DNA of 63,572 nt, filler included, from Licmophora abbreviata (Eukaryota), in assembly GCA_900291995.1 (NCBI GenBank). It is 21 parts of 21 records of this genome, joined end to end, with 100 filler letters (N's around TTAATTAATTAA, not from the genome) between each part and the next. Parts side by side here need not be neighbours in the genome. Positions count along the whole stretch, not along the records: positions 1 to 20,078 come from OLMU01004501.1; positions 20,179 to 22,483 come from OLMU01004511.1; positions 22,584 to 24,365 come from OLMU01004512.1; positions 24,466 to 25,468 come from OLMU01004513.1; positions 25,569 to 28,312 come from OLMU01004514.1; positions 28,413 to 31,120 come from OLMU01004515.1; 15 more parts are not named here. One strand, written 5' to 3'. Each line of letters opens with the position of its first letter. Position 1 is the first letter of the stretch. This document shows, one piece after another, positions 17,915 to 30,073 of this stretch. The notes under the pieces were generated by a model. It saw nothing but the letters and a program-made list of their open reading frames with translations. It ran no database searches and was not told where the DNA came from. Both the position numbers and the translations under genes were made by a program.

Positions 17915-18709
17915 TCATCCACGTCTCGCGATCGTATCGCCGTGCTGGCCGCAAGCGCGCAGGACATCGCGCACGCGTTCGGCGTTGTCCGCCGCTTGTC
18001 GGCCATCGCCATGCCACAGCGAATTTTCGAATCCGACGCGGAGTTTGCCCCCGCGTTTGTGCGCCTCCACAAGGCTGGCCGTTTCGCCCCTGCCGAAAGC
18101 ACAGACGGCCCAATCCGCCTCGGGGTTCACGTCTGACAAACGCTCGGTGAACGGTACAAGGTCTGATGGCGCGCTTTCCTGATCGCGCCTGTAGCGCCCC
18201 AGCACAAAGATCAGCTGCAAGCCCGGATCCAGAAGCAGGCGTTCGGGCAGAAGGCGGGTCAACAGGTCGAAATCACTGGTATCATACAAGATATGCTGAA
18301 CCGCGATGCCCTGCTCGGCGCAGTTCCGGTAAAAGGCCGTGGCTATCGCGTCTTCGGTCTGATGCGTCATTTCCCGCAAGGCGGCCGAAACAAGCGTTGC
18401 GCCGGAATGAAGGGCGACGTGCCGTTGATGCGGTGCGTCATAGATGCCTACCGCTTCCGTGGTGATCTGAACCGCGAGGCCCGGCAGGACGCTGTTCAAT
18501 TCGCCAAGCGCTTCGCGGTACAGTCCCGCATCCAGCAGATGGCGACCTGCGGCATCGCGCAAGTGCAGGTGCAGCCCGTCTGCTCCCGCCGCAGCGCAAT
18601 CGCGCGCCGTTTCGACAATCTCCGGCAGCGTCAGCGGAATGGCCGGATGATCGGATTTCACGCGCCGCGCCCCGTTCGGTGCGACCATGACATCTGGCAG
18701 CGCCGTCAT
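17915..18709 (-). CDS. 3-keto-5-aminohexanoate cleavage enzyme family (BKACE/DUF849)
   Basis: VMVAPNGAR..K.DHPAIP, HLHLRD, RVGFEN. Confidence 0.9.
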   Translation of the reverse strand: MTALPDVMVAPNGARRVKSDHPAIPLTLPEIVETARDCAAAGADGLHLHLRDAAGRHLLDAGLYREALGELNSVLPGLAVQITTEAVGIYDAPHQRHVALHSGATLVSAALREMTHQTEDAIATAFYRNCAEQGIAVQHILYDTSDFDLLTRLLPERLLLDPGLQLIFVLGRYRRDQESAPSDLVPFTERLSDVNPEADWAVCAFGRGETASLVEAHKRGGKLRVGFENSLWHGDGRQAADNAERVRDVLRACGQHGDTIARRG

Positions 18710-19374
18710 GGAAGCGCCGCGCCGGTGGCTTGCGACAGCTTGTCCACGAGCTCCCCGGTTTGATCCGCGCTCAGAATGCGGTAATGCGCATCGGTTGGCA
18801 CGCAGTCCGCGCCATTTATTGGCAGCATGTCCTGCGGGCAGGCGGACATCGCCACGATGCAATCCATCTGTGCGCGCAAGACCACGACATCCCCGGGTTT
18901 CGACAAGGGCTCGCCCCAGCTGGTCGTGCCATCCTGCGCCACCGGAATATTCATCCAAAGGTTCAGCGGGCTTGGGCAGTCATGCGTGATGACCCCGATT
19001 CTGCGCATCGCGGCGTGCAGGTTGTCGGTGCAGTTGTCGTGATAGTCACGACAGCCCAGAAGCCCGTAGCGATAATCGTCACATGCCGCGATCAGCGTAT
19101 CGTGCCGGCCCGGAGACGTGTCTTCTTCGAGAATGAGGATGGGGCGGCGCCGGTTCGTGATCAACGGATCGCCCTTGGCCGGCCACAGCTTGCCAAGGCT
19201 CGCGCGCATATGCTCGTTCGACAGGAACTCCGAGATGTCTTCCGCATTGAAGGCCCATGTGTCCACCACCTGTGATCCATGGGTGTTGATGATCTCTATG
19301 GCCTCGCCTTTGGTCAGGCGAACGGCGCGCCCTTTGCGGGCAGGAAGAAGGGTCAGTTGGGGGGCAGGGGACAT
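18706..19374 (-). CDS. Urea carboxylase-associated family protein (DUF1989)
   Basis: GSQVVDTWAFNA, HDTLIAAC, NCTDNL, MSACPQD. Confidence 0.9.
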   Translation of the reverse strand: MSPAPQLTLLPARKGRAVRLTKGEAIEIINTHGSQVVDTWAFNAEDISEFLSNEHMRASLGKLWPAKGDPLITNRRRPILILEEDTSPGRHDTLIAACDDYRYGLLGCRDYHDNCTDNLHAAMRRIGVITHDCPSPLNLWMNIPVAQDGTTSWGEPLSKPGDVVVLRAQMDCIVAMSACPQDMLPINGADCVPTDAHYRILSADQTGELVDKLSQATGAALP

Positions 19375-19706
19375 CGGCATGCTCCAGTGGGTGCGAAGGT
19401 CTTCGAGCAAGGACGCCCAGATGACCGTATCTGAACTATAAATCTGCATCTTGCGCGGGTCGGCACAAGCGCTTTCGGGCAGAACCCACTGCCCCGCCCG
19501 TACACGTCCTGACCTGTATCTTGACCGTCATTGCATGGCCGGGCCGATCCGCGCGCCTTGCTTGGGCCATGACCCGTACAAGACCTGCCTTCGGATTGTG
19601 CAGATCGACTGGCCGCGCAACGATTTTGCTGCACTGCAGCGCGAATCATCTTGTCTTCGGCTGATCGGCTTACACAAATAAATTATGACACCGATGGGGG
19701 ATCGCA

Positions 19707-20024
19707 ATGACGCAATTTGATGAAAGCGCGCTCGAGTTTGCGAATTTCATTTTCGACCGGAAAAAGGTGGTGTGTTACGGCCTGCAGAACGCCGCCGGAG
19801 GGACGACGACCATCCTCAACTTTCCGACGGCGTCTCTGGCGGATGCGTTCCGCACGGCGTTTCTCGAAGGCCGCAATTTCCGCATCGTCCAGAACGGTGC
19901 GCAGATCATCTGCCTTGCCGATTATGAGACCGTGATGCGGTGCTCATCCGATGATCCCCGGGTTCAGCCCCTGAGATACAGTCGCGATTACATGATGGGC
20001 ACACTGTCGCACATGGTCTGCTGA
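19707..20024 (+). CDS. Hypothetical protein
   Basis: ORF with GGGGGA RBS and host-like codons. Confidence 0.65.
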   Translation: MTQFDESALEFANFIFDRKKVVCYGLQNAAGGTTTILNFPTASLADAFRTAFLEGRNFRIVQNGAQIICLADYETVMRCSSDDPRVQPLRYSRDYMMGTLSHMVC

Positions 20025-20178
20025 GCGAATTGTCCTGATTGATCAACCGGCCCTGATCAGAGCGCCTTCGATACCCTGNNNNNNNNNNNNNNNNNNNNNN
20101 NNNNNNNNNNNNNNNNNNNNNNTTAATTAATTAANNNNNNNNNNNNNNNNNNNNNNNNNNNNNNNNNNNNNNNNNNNN

Positions 20179-20674
20179 CTGTCAGGACAAGCTGGGCATG
20201 GTGCCCAATGTGCTCAAGGCCTATGCCTTCGACATCGCCAAGCTGGATGCGTTCACCGCGATGTATAACGACCTGATGCTGGCCGAGAGCGGCCTGAGCA
20301 AACTGGACCGCGAGATGATCGCGGTGGTGGTCAGCTCGATCAATCGCTGCTGGTATTGTCAGGTGGCACATGGTGCGGCGGTGCGGCAATTGTCGGGCCG
20401 TCCCGAACTGGGCGAGGCGATGGTGATGAACTGGCGCGCCGCCGATCTGGATGCGCGCCAGACCGCCATGCTGGGTTTTGCCGAAAAGATCACCCGCGCC
20501 AGCGCCGAGATTTCCGAGGCGGACCGGCAGGGCTTGCGCGATGCAGGCCTGTCGGATCGCGACATCTGGGACATCGCCAATGTGGCGGGATTTTTCAACA
20601 TGACCAACCGCGTGGCCAGCGCCACGGGCATGCAGCCCAACCCCGAATATCACGCTCAGGCACGTCAGGGCTGA
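20179..20674 (+). CDS. AhpD-like peroxidase-related enzyme (5' end in gap)
   Basis: REMIAVVVSSINRCWYCQVAHG, FFNMTNR. Confidence 0.9.
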
Positions 20675-21720
20675 TGCTGGCGCGGCTGGTCCTTCTGCTG
20701 CTGTGCCTTTCCTTTCCTTCGGTCGGCGCACAGGCTCAAAACCCGGCCCAGACCCCGGCCCAGACTCCGATCGCCGGGCTGTCGATGCCGGGCACGGCTG
20801 TTCTGACCCGCGAACTGGTCGAAGAGGCGGGCAGCTACCGGCTTCCGGTGGGACCGTTCGGCGATGGCATCATGCGCACTCTCAGGGTTGAGGGCCGCAT
20901 CGTGCAACAGGCATGGCGGATCGAGGCACAGGGCATGACCACGCTGCAAATTCTGGCGCCCTTGCGCGACCAGCTGACCGGCGCCGGGTTCAACATTCTG
21001 TACGACTGTGCGGCGACCGCCTGTGGCGGGTTCGATTTCCGTTTCAACACGCGCGTCATGGCGGCGCCCGATATGTTCGTGGACCTGCTCGATTACCGGT
21101 TTCTGTCGGCGCGGCGCGATGGCCCGAACGGCGTGGGGCAGTATGCGTCCCTGCTGGTCAGCCGCTCGGGCGCCAGCGGCTATATCCAGATGATCCATGC
21201 CGGCGGTGCGCGGATCGGCCTTTCGGACGATGCCGGCACCATCCCGGCCAGCAACACTGGCACCAACACTGGCGCCAACACTGGCACCAACACTGGCACC
21301 AACACTGGCACTGGCACGGCGATCCCCACCCCTGCGCAGGATCTGCCCCTGGCCGAGGCCCTGCTTGACTGGGGTCACGTCCGTCTGGCCGATCTCGAAT
21401 TCGAAACCGGACGCTCGGCACTGGGGCAGGGGCCGTTCGCTTCGCTCGCGGCGCTTGCCGCCTTTCTGAGCGAAGACGATGGCAGGCGTGTCGCCCTTGT
21501 GGGGCATACCGATTCCGTAGGCGCGCTCGAGCCGAATATCGACCTGTCGCGCGCCCGCGCCACTGCAGTGATGACCCGGCTCATCGATACATACGGCGTG
21601 CGCCCCGAGCAGCTCGAGGCGCGCGGCGTGGGCTATCTCGCGCCCATCGCCTCGAACCGCACGGATACCGGCCGCGATGCCAACCGCCGCGTTGAGGCGG
21701 TGCTTCTGAACACCGAATAA
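20674..21720 (+). CDS. OmpA-family protein
   Basis: Signal peptide; CGGFDFRF; VGHTD...N..LS.ARA...NRRVE. Confidence 0.9.
   Translation: MLARLVLLLLCLSFPSVGAQAQNPAQTPAQTPIAGLSMPGTAVLTRELVEEAGSYRLPVGPFGDGIMRTLRVEGRIVQQAWRIEAQGMTTLQILAPLRDQLTGAGFNILYDCAATACGGFDFRFNTRVMAAPDMFVDLLDYRFLSARRDGPNGVGQYASLLVSRSGASGYIQMIHAGGARIGLSDDAGTIPASNTGTNTGANTGTNTGTNTGTGTAIPTPAQDLPLAEALLDWGHVRLADLEFETGRSALGQGPFASLAALAAFLSEDDGRRVALVGHTDSVGALEPNIDLSRARATAVMTRLIDTYGVRPEQLEARGVGYLAPIASNRTDTGRDANRRVEAVLLNTE
21253..21312 (+). repeat. 5 x 12-bp in-frame tandem repeat (AACACTGGCACC)
   Basis: Encodes NTG(T/A) x5 in the OmpA linker. Confidence 0.95.
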
Positions 21721-21916
21721 CCCCGCCGGGTGGGCGATCAGCGGGCGAGCGGTTGCGCCCGCGGGCGCCTTGCGCTATGCCGCGACGCAGCGAACATGGA
21801 GCCGGGTGCGATCCCCGGCTGGCTCTTCCGGCCGCCGATCCGCCGGACAACAAGACCACAAGCCATAACCGCGCCGTTCCTGCTGCGCCGGCACGGCTCA
21901 AGGGAACCTAAGTCTC

Positions 21917-23501
21917 ATGATCTCTCTCTCCGCCTACCGGCGCGACTGGACCGGCAACATCCGTGCTGATCTTCTGTCCGGGCTTGTCGTGGCCCTAGCC
22001 CTTATCCCCGAAGCCATCGCCTTTTCGATCATCGCGGGGGTTGATCCCAAGGTGGGGCTTTATGCCAGCTTCTCGATTGCCGTGATCACCGCGATCACCG
22101 GCGGGCGGCCCGGCATGATCTCGGCGGCGACCGCCGCGACGGCGGTTCTTATGGTCACGCTGGTGCGCGATCACGGGCTGGAATATCTGCTGGCCGCCAC
22201 CGTGCTGGCCGGTCTGTTGCAGATCGTCGCGGGTTTCCTGCGCCTGGGCTATGTGATGCGCTTCGTGTCGCGCTCGGTGATGACCGGCTTCGTGAACGCC
22301 TTGGCGATCCTGATCTTCATCGCGCAGCTGCCCGAGCTCGACCCCACGAGGGTGCCGATGCTGACCTATGCGCTGGTCGCGGGCGGTCTGGCGATCATCT
22401 ACCTTTTCCCGCGGATCACGACCGTGATCCCCTCTCCGCTGGTCACCATCATCGTGCTGACGGCGCTTGTTGTGGTGATGGGGNNNNNNNNNNNNNNNNN
22501 NNNNNNNNNNNNNNNNNNNNNNNNNNNTTAATTAATTAANNNNNNNNNNNNNNNNNNNNNNNNNNNNNNNNNNNNNNNNNNNNGTGCGCACCGTGGGCGA
22601 TATGGGCCAGTTGCCCGATACGCTGCCGGTTTTCCTGATCCCCGACATTCCGCTCAATTTCGAGACGCTGCAGATCATCTTCCCCTATGCGCTGGCCGTG
22701 GCCGTCGTTGGTCTTCTGGAAAGCCTGATGACCCAGCAGATCGTCGATGACCTGACCGACACGGCCTCCAGTCGCAATCAGGAATGCATCGGGCAAGGGC
22801 TGGCCAATACCGCCACCGGCTTCATCGGCGGGATGGCCGGTTGCGCGATGATCGGGCAGTCGATCATCAACGTGAAATCCGGCGGGCGGGGGCGGCTGTC
22901 TTGCTTTGTCGCGGGGATTTTCCTGCTGATCCTGTGCGTGGTGCTGGGCGATATCGTGGCGATCATCCCGATGGCCGCGCTGGTGGCGATCATGATCATG
23001 GTGTCGATCGGCACCTTTTCGTGGTCTTCGATCAAGAACCTGCGCGATCATCCGCGCTCGTCCTCGATCGTGATGCTGGCGACGGTGTTCTTCGTGATCT
23101 ACACCCATAACCTTGCCATCGGGGTTCTGGTCGGCGTGCTCTTGTCGGGCATCTTCTTTGCGTGGAAGATCGCGCAGCTGTTCCGCGTCCGCTCCGAGAT
23201 CACCGCCGACGGCACCCACCGCACCTATATCGTCGAGGGACAGCTGTTCTTCGCCTCGACCGAGGACTTCATGAAAGCGTTCGACTTCCGGGAAGCCCCC
23301 CGCAAAGTGACCATCGATGTCAGCCGCGCGCATATCTGGGACATTTCCTCGGTTGCGGCGGTGGACATGGCTGTGCTCAAGTTCCGCCGCGAGGGGGCCG
23401 AGGTCGAGATCATCGGCATGAACGAAGCCTCCGAGACCATCGTCGATCAGCTTGCCGTGCATGACAAGCCCGGCGCGATGGACAAGTTGCTGGGCCATTG
23501 A
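21917..23501 (+). CDS. SulP-family anion transporter with STAS domain (split by gap)
   Basis: [34 protein letters not shown]. Confidence 0.95.
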
Positions 23502-23515
23502 GGAAGGACAGGATC

Positions 23516-24365
23516 ATGACAACCGACACACTCATCGCCCTTGTCGACGGCTCGGCTTATTCCGAAAGCGTCTGCCACCATGCCGCATGGATCGCCGCGC
23601 GCGCCGGCTGGAGCGTCAAGGTCTATCACGTGCTGGGCCGGCGCGATGCGCCCGCCACAAGCGATCTGAGCGGCGCGATCCGGCTTGGGGCGCGCAGCGC
23701 CCTGCTGGAACAGCTCTCGGATCTCGATGCGCAGCGCGCCAAGCTCGCCCATGAACAGGGCCGCGCGATCCTCGACGATGCCCGCGCGATCATCGAAGGG
23801 GCGGGCGACATCGTCGTGGAAACCCGCCTGCGTCAGGGCGATCTGGTCGAAACGGTCACCGCCAAAGAAGAGAGCGGCGACATGATCGTGATCGGCAAAC
23901 GCGGCGAGGCGGCGGGACTGGCTGCGGCGCATCTCGGCTCCAACCTCGAACGGATCGTGCGGGCCAGCCACAGGCCGGTCTTTGTGGCCAACCGCGCCTT
24001 TCATGAGATCAAACGCGTGCTGGTGGCCTTTGATGGCGGCGCGTCCTCGCTTCGGGCGGTGGATTACATCGCGCGCAGCCCGATCTTTGCCGGGCTCACG
24101 GTGACGCTGGTCTTTGCCGGGGTCGAAACCCCCACTGTCGTCCGGGCGCTCGAGGATGCCGCGGCGACCCTGCGCGCCGGTGGCTTCAGCCCCGAAACTG
24201 TGATCCGTCCCGGCGAGCCGGAAAAGGTGCTGGCGGCGATGACCGCCGATACCGGTGGCGATCCCCAGCCCGATGCGGGCCATGATCTTCTGGTGATGGG
24301 GGCTTATGGCCACAGCCGGGTGCGCACGCTTCTGATCGGCTCCACCACGACCGAGATGATCCGCT
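23516..24365 (+). CDS. Tandem universal stress protein (3' end in gap)
   Basis: LVDGS, IGKRG...LGSNLE, MGAYGHSR...IGSTT. Confidence 0.92.
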
Positions 24366-24507
24366 NNNNNNNNNNNNNNNNNNNNNNNNNNNNNNNNNNN
24401 NNNNNNNNNTTAATTAATTAANNNNNNNNNNNNNNNNNNNNNNNNNNNNNNNNNNNNNNNNNNNNCTGAACCGCTGCGGCGCGCCTATCCCCAGCCGGCG
24501 GGGGCGT

Positions 24508-25206
24508 TCAGGCCCCCGGACGCTCGGGGATAAGCTGTTGTGCGATGCCCGCGAACAGCAGGTAGACGCTGGTCACCACCAGCCCCCAATGCGCCCAGCT
24601 TTCGGGGTGGAAATCGACCCAGGCCGCCCATCCCGCAAAGAAGGTCCAGGCGAATGTCATGGGCAGCGACAGCAATCGCCAGCGTTCGGTGCGCACCGGA
24701 TGGATGAATTTCAGCGGCAGGAACATCGCCACCGACAAAAGCGTGACCAGCAGCAGGATCAGCCATGTGGGCGGCTGCACGGCGAACATGACCAGCACGG
24801 TCATCTGCCAGCATCCCGGAAAGCCGGAAAACGAATTGTCCTTCGTTTTCATGTTGGTATCGGCGAAATACAGCGCGCTGGCATAGGTGATGATGATGAT
24901 CGCCATCCATCCCGTCCAGCCCGGCAGAAGATCGGACTTGAACAGCGCAAAGGCCGGGATGAACACATAGGTCAGGTAATCGATGATGAGATCCAGCAAC
25001 ACCCCGTCAAAGCGCGGGGCGTTCTGCCAGACCAGATAGCGGCGTGCCAGCGGCCCGTCGATCCCGTCCACGGCAAAAGCCACGACCAGCCACAGGAACA
25101 TCATCGCCCATTCGCGATCCATCGCCGCCAGCAGCGCCAGCATCGCAAACACCGCACCCGAGGCCGTCAGGAAATGGACCAGTAATGCCTTGTAGCTCAG
25201 ACTCAT
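24508..25206 (-). CDS. pcs: Phosphatidylcholine synthase (CDP-alcohol phosphotransferase)
   Basis: VHFLTASG, DGIDGPLAR...DGVLLDLIIDYLTYVFIPA. Confidence 0.85.
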   Translation of the reverse strand: MSLSYKALLVHFLTASGAVFAMLALLAAMDREWAMMFLWLVVAFAVDGIDGPLARRYLVWQNAPRFDGVLLDLIIDYLTYVFIPAFALFKSDLLPGWTGWMAIIIITYASALYFADTNMKTKDNSFSGFPGCWQMTVLVMFAVQPPTWLILLLVTLLSVAMFLPLKFIHPVRTERWRLLSLPMTFAWTFFAGWAAWVDFHPESWAHWGLVVTSVYLLFAGIAQQLIPERPGA

Positions 25207-25241
25207 GACGTCCTCTTCGCGCAGCTACGCGCCCGATGCAA

Positions 25242-26238
25242 TCACCCTTTGGGATGCGCTTTGCGATAAACCTCCATCAGACGGCTGGTATCGACCGCCG
25301 TGTAGGCCTGCGTCGTCGACAGGGAGGCATGCCCCAACAGCTCCTGAATGGCGCGCAGATCGCCGCCCGCATTCAACAGATGGGTGGCAAAGCTGTGGCG
25401 CATCGCAGTGGGGTGTGGCAGTTGCGGGAAGCCCAGCTGGGTGCGGGCGGCCTCGGTCACCTTNTGCANNNNNNNNNNNNNNNNNNNNNNNNNNNNNNNN
25501 NNNNNNNNNNNNTTAATTAATTAANNNNNNNNNNNNNNNNNNNNNNNNNNNNNNNNNNNNNNNNNNNNCGGGCACCCGCATGCCGCGAAAGAGCGGCGTG
25601 CCGGGGCGCAGGTCGAACGGGCAGAGCCGCGCATAATGCGCCACCGCATCGCGCGCGGGCGCGATCACCGGCACGATCCGTTCCTTGCCGCCCTTGCCGG
25701 TGATCCTGAGCGCCTCGCCCATGGGCAGATCACCGCCCGTCAGGCCAAGCGCCTCGGAAATCCGCAGCCCGCAGCCGTAAAGCAGCGTCACCACCGCCTG
25801 ATCGCGCGCCGCCACCCAGGGCGTCGCCGATTGCAGCTCGAGCGTGTCGATCAGGTCCTGTGCCGCTTCGGGCGCCAGCGGGCGCGGCAGCTTGCGCTGG
25901 AACTTGGGCGCGCGCGCCGACAGAACGGCGGTCGCATCGAACCCCTCGCGCTCGGACAGCCAGCGATAGAAGCTTTTCACCGCCGACAGCTTGCGCGCCA
26001 AGGACCGGGGACCGACATCCCCACCCCTGGTGAAAGCCATCCATGCGCGCATGTCGGTGACGCCGATCCGGGTCAGCGGCGCGATGCCCTGCATCTCGCC
26101 CTTGTGCCCGGTCATGAAGGTCAGAAACCCGGCCACATCCCGGCCATAGGCCTCGAGCGTATTGTCGGCCGCACCCTTCAGGGCCTTTTGCGTCTCCAGC
26201 CAGCCCTGCAACGCATCGCGGGCCGCCGGGCTGATCAT
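25242..26238 (-). CDS. xerC: Tyrosine recombinase XerC (split by gap)
   Basis: [27 protein letters not shown]...[15 protein letters not shown]; next to DUF484. Confidence 0.9.
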
Positions 26239-26942
26239 GACAGCCAGCGCCGCATCGCGCGCTCGAACACGCCCGCAAAGAACGCCAGAAGGTCCGTGCC
26301 CTGCTGCGGGCTGAACTGATGCGGGTCCTCGGCGCCCATGGCCAGCATCCCCGGCAAACGTCCCTCGCCGAAATCCAGCATCAAACAGGCCTCCGAGCGC
26401 AGATAGGCCGCGTCCTGTCCATAGACGCGCGGATCGCCCTCGTGGATCTGGCGCAAGGTCACCTGTCGCGGCGCGGCATTGCGCCCGTCAGTCAGGTAGC
26501 GCCGCACAAATCCCGTTTCGGCCACCGACAGCACAGTGCCAAGGCGCTTGATCGTGAGGTCGTTTTCATCCTGCACGGTTTCCAGAACCAGCTTCATGCT
26601 GTCCACCCGCAGGATATCGGCCACCTCGCCGCCCAGATCGCGCAGGAACACTTCGAACTCAACCGGGTCCAGCATCCGCAGGATCGCGCGATGCACCTGA
26701 TTCGTGCCGGCAAGATTGTCATAGGCCGCCGCGATCACCGATCGGTGGGTGTCCTCCAGCCGGTCCAGACGCGCCTCGAGACGTTCCATCGCGATGCCGC
26801 GCAGATCGACGATATTGTTGCCCATCGACCGCTCGTTCGCCGCGATAAGCGCGCGCATGAGGTCTTGATCTTCAAGGATAACATTGGGCTGCGCGATGAT
26901 ACGCTCACGCAGCTTGTCTTCCATTTCCGGCGTACCGCTCAT
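26235..26942 (-). CDS. DUF484 family protein
   Basis: NIVDLRG...QGTDLLAFF; conserved position before xerC. Confidence 0.85.
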   Translation of the reverse strand: MSGTPEMEDKLRERIIAQPNVILEDQDLMRALIAANERSMGNNIVDLRGIAMERLEARLDRLEDTHRSVIAAAYDNLAGTNQVHRAILRMLDPVEFEVFLRDLGGEVADILRVDSMKLVLETVQDENDLTIKRLGTVLSVAETGFVRRYLTDGRNAAPRQVTLRQIHEGDPRVYGQDAAYLRSEACLMLDFGEGRLPGMLAMGAEDPHQFSPQQGTDLLAFFAGVFERAMRRWLS

Positions 26943-26981
26943 GCTGGCCTCTGTCTTGTTTTCCCGGCGTTATAACATGGG

Positions 26982-27635
26982 TCACAGAATTTTCTGCCCT
27001 GTTTTTTCCCAATCTTTCATGAAGGCCTCAAGCCCCTTGTCGGTCAGCACGTGCGACGCCATCGCCTTGATCACCGAGGGCGGCGCCGTCATCACATCGG
27101 CGCCGATCTGGGCCGACTGGAACGCGTGATTGACCGTGCGGATCGAGGCCGCAAGGATCTGCGTGTCGAACGCGTAGTTGTCATAGATCTGGCGGATATC
27201 CGCGATCAGCTCCATGCCATCGAGATTGATGTCGTCCAGCCGCCCGATGAACGGGCTGATGAAGGTGGCCCCCGCCTTGGCCGCCAGCAGCGCCTGATTG
27301 GCCGAGAAACACAGCGTGACATTGACCATCCGGCCTTCGCCCGACAGCACCTTGCAGGCCTTCAGCCCGTCCCATGTCAGCGGCACCTTCACGGCGATAT
27401 TCTCGGCGATCGCGGCCAGCTTGCGGCCCTCTTCGATCATCGCATCGGCCTCCAGCGCGACCACTTCGGCGCTCACCGGGCCATCGACCATCTCGGCGAT
27501 CTCGCGGGTGACTTCGAGGATGTCGCGCCCCGATTTCAGGATCAGCGAGGGGTTGGTCGTCACACCATCCACCATGCCCAGATCGTTCAGCTCGGCAATA
27601 GCATCGACATCGGCGGTATCTACGAAGAATTTCAT
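26982..27635 (-). CDS. fsa: Transaldolase / fructose-6-phosphate aldolase
   Basis: [33 protein letters not shown]. Confidence 0.93.
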   Translation of the reverse strand: MKFFVDTADVDAIAELNDLGMVDGVTTNPSLILKSGRDILEVTREIAEMVDGPVSAEVVALEADAMIEEGRKLAAIAENIAVKVPLTWDGLKACKVLSGEGRMVNVTLCFSANQALLAAKAGATFISPFIGRLDDINLDGMELIADIRQIYDNYAFDTQILAASIRTVNHAFQSAQIGADVMTAPPSVIKAMASHVLTDKGLEAFMKDWEKTGQKIL

Positions 27636-27713
27636 ATCAGCGGTCCCTTGGCGCGGGTTGGGGTTTTTCATCCCCGGCTTTACCCCATAGAGTGACATGC
27701 CGAAACCCCTCAC

Positions 27714-30012
27714 TTGGAGCCGCCGCCGCCCGTGTCACCCTCAGGTCCGGATTTTTTCGCCGAAGGCGATCTGGTGGGCGTGCTCACCACCCAGCCGCTC
27801 GACCGGCTGCTGGATTACCGCGCGCCCGAAGGTGGCTGCCATGTCGGCGCCTTCGTCGAGGTGCCGCTGGGGCCGCGCAAGGTGCCGGGGGTGGTCTGGG
27901 GGCCGGGGCGCGGGGATTTCGACATCTCCAAGGTCCGGCAGGTGCTGCGCGTGCTCGACGTGGCACCGATGCGCGCCGAGATGCAGGACTTCCTGCGCCG
28001 CGCCGCCGACTATACCCTGACGCCGATGCCTGCCATGCTGCGGCTCGCCACCCGCGCGCCGGGCCTGTCGAACCCGCCCTCGATGCAGAAGATCTACCGC
28101 TCGGGGCCCGCCGCGCCCGACCGCATGACCGATGCGCGCCGCCGGGTGCTGGCCGTGCTGTCCGAGTATGGCGCGCTCTCGTTCACCCTGGGCGAGCTGG
28201 CCGAGCAGGCGGGCGTCACCACATCCGTTATCAAGGGGCTCGTCAAGCAAGGCGCCGTGCTGGAAGAGGACTGCCCCCGCGATCTGCCCTTTCCGCATCT
28301 TGATCCGGCGCTNNNNNNNNNNNNNNNNNNNNNNNNNNNNNNNNNNNNNNNNNNNNTTAATTAATTAANNNNNNNNNNNNNNNNNNNNNNNNNNNNNNNN
28401 NNNNNNNNNNNNCGATCAGTCCAGCGCCGCCGCCACGCTCTGCGCGGCGCTTCGCGGCGGTGGCTATGGCACGACGCTTTTGCGCGGCGTCACCGGGTCG
28501 GGCAAGACCGAGGTCTATCTCGAAGCCGTGGCCGAAACCCTGCGGCAGGGGCGTCAGGCGCTGGTCCTGCTGCCCGAGATCGCGCTGACCTCGGAATTCC
28601 TCACCCGGATCGAGGCGCGCTTCGGCGCGCGCCCCGCCGAATGGCATTCGGGCGTCACGATGACTGAACGCCGCCGCACATGGAAAATGCTGGGTGAGGG
28701 GGGGTGTCAGGTTGTCGTCGGCGCGCGCTCGGCGCTGTTCCTGCCGTTCCGCGATCTGGGGCTGATCGTGGTCGATGAGGAACACGACACCTCCTACAAG
28801 CAGGAAGACGGCGTGCTCTATAATGCGCGCGACATGGCCGTTCTACGGGCCTCGATCTGTGGGGCGCAGGTGGTGCTGGCCTCGGCCACCCCGTCGCTCG
28901 AAAGCTGGGCCAATGCCGAGGCCGGGAAATACACGCGGCTTGACCTGACTGCGCGGTTCGGCGCGGCGGTCATGCCGCAGATGCGCGCCATCGATATGCG
29001 CGCCAAGACGCTCCCCGCCAGCCGCTGGATCTCGCCCAGCCTTCAGGCCGCTGTCACCGCGCGCGTCGAAGTCGGCGAACAGGCGCTCTTGTTCATCAAC
29101 CGCCGGGGCTATGCGCCGGTGACGCTGTGCCGGGCCTGCGGGCATCAGATCGGCTGCGATCATTGCGATGCGCGCATGGTCGAACACCGCTTTCAGCAAC
29201 GCCTCGTCTGCCACCAATGCGGCGAGACGAAAGCCGTGCCCAAGGCCTGCCCCTCCTGTGGCGTCGAAGACAAGCTGGCCGCCGTTGGCCCCGGTGTCGA
29301 GCGTCTGACCGAAGAGGCGCAGGCGCTGTTCCCGCAGGCCCGCATCGCCACGCTCAGTTCCGATCTCTTCGGCTCGGCCCGCGCCCTCAAGGAACAGATC
29401 CGCGCCATTGCCGAAGGCGATACCGACATCGTCATCGGCACGCAGCTTGTTGCCAAGGGGCATAATTTCCCGCGCCTCACGCTGGTCGGCGTGATCGACG
29501 CCGATCTGGGCCTGCAAGGCTCGGATCTGCGCGCGGCCGAACGCACGTTTCAACTGATGCGGCAGGTGGCGGGCCGCGCCGGGCGCACCGAAAAGCCGGG
29601 CACGGCGCTGTTGCAGACCTTTCAGCCCGAACACCCGGTGATCCGTGCGATCCTGTCGGGCGACGAGGAAGGCTTCTGGCGCGCCGAGGCCGAGGAACGC
29701 CGCCATGCGGGCGTGCCGCCCTATGGGCGCATGGCGGGCATCATCCTGTCCTCCACCGATGCGCGCGAGGTGTTCGATTTCGCCACCGAGCTTGCCCGCC
29801 GGGATGGGCCTCTGCGGGCCGTGGGCGCGCAGGTCTTCGGCCCGGCGCCTGCGCCCATCGCGCGCATTCGCGGGCGGCACCGGGTGCGGCTTCTGGTCAA
29901 GGCGGCACGGGGCGTGGCGCTTCAGGGGGCCGTGGCGCAATGGGTGGCGCAGCTCAAGCCGCCGGGACAGCTGCGCCTGAGCATCGACATCGACCCGCAA
30001 AGCTTCCTATGA
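27714..30012 (+). CDS. priA: Primosomal protein N' (split by gap)
   Basis: [20 protein letters not shown], CxxC cluster, IDIDPQSFL. Confidence 0.96.
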
Positions 30013-30073
30013 TCGGGGGGGCAAGCGGCTTTCAAGCCGCTTTCACGCGCTTTTCAAAGCGCGTCCGCCCCGG

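Noticed and set aside
25242..26238. XerC as the island integrase
   Set aside because: Housekeeping DUF484-xerC context and host-like GC, outside the att sites.
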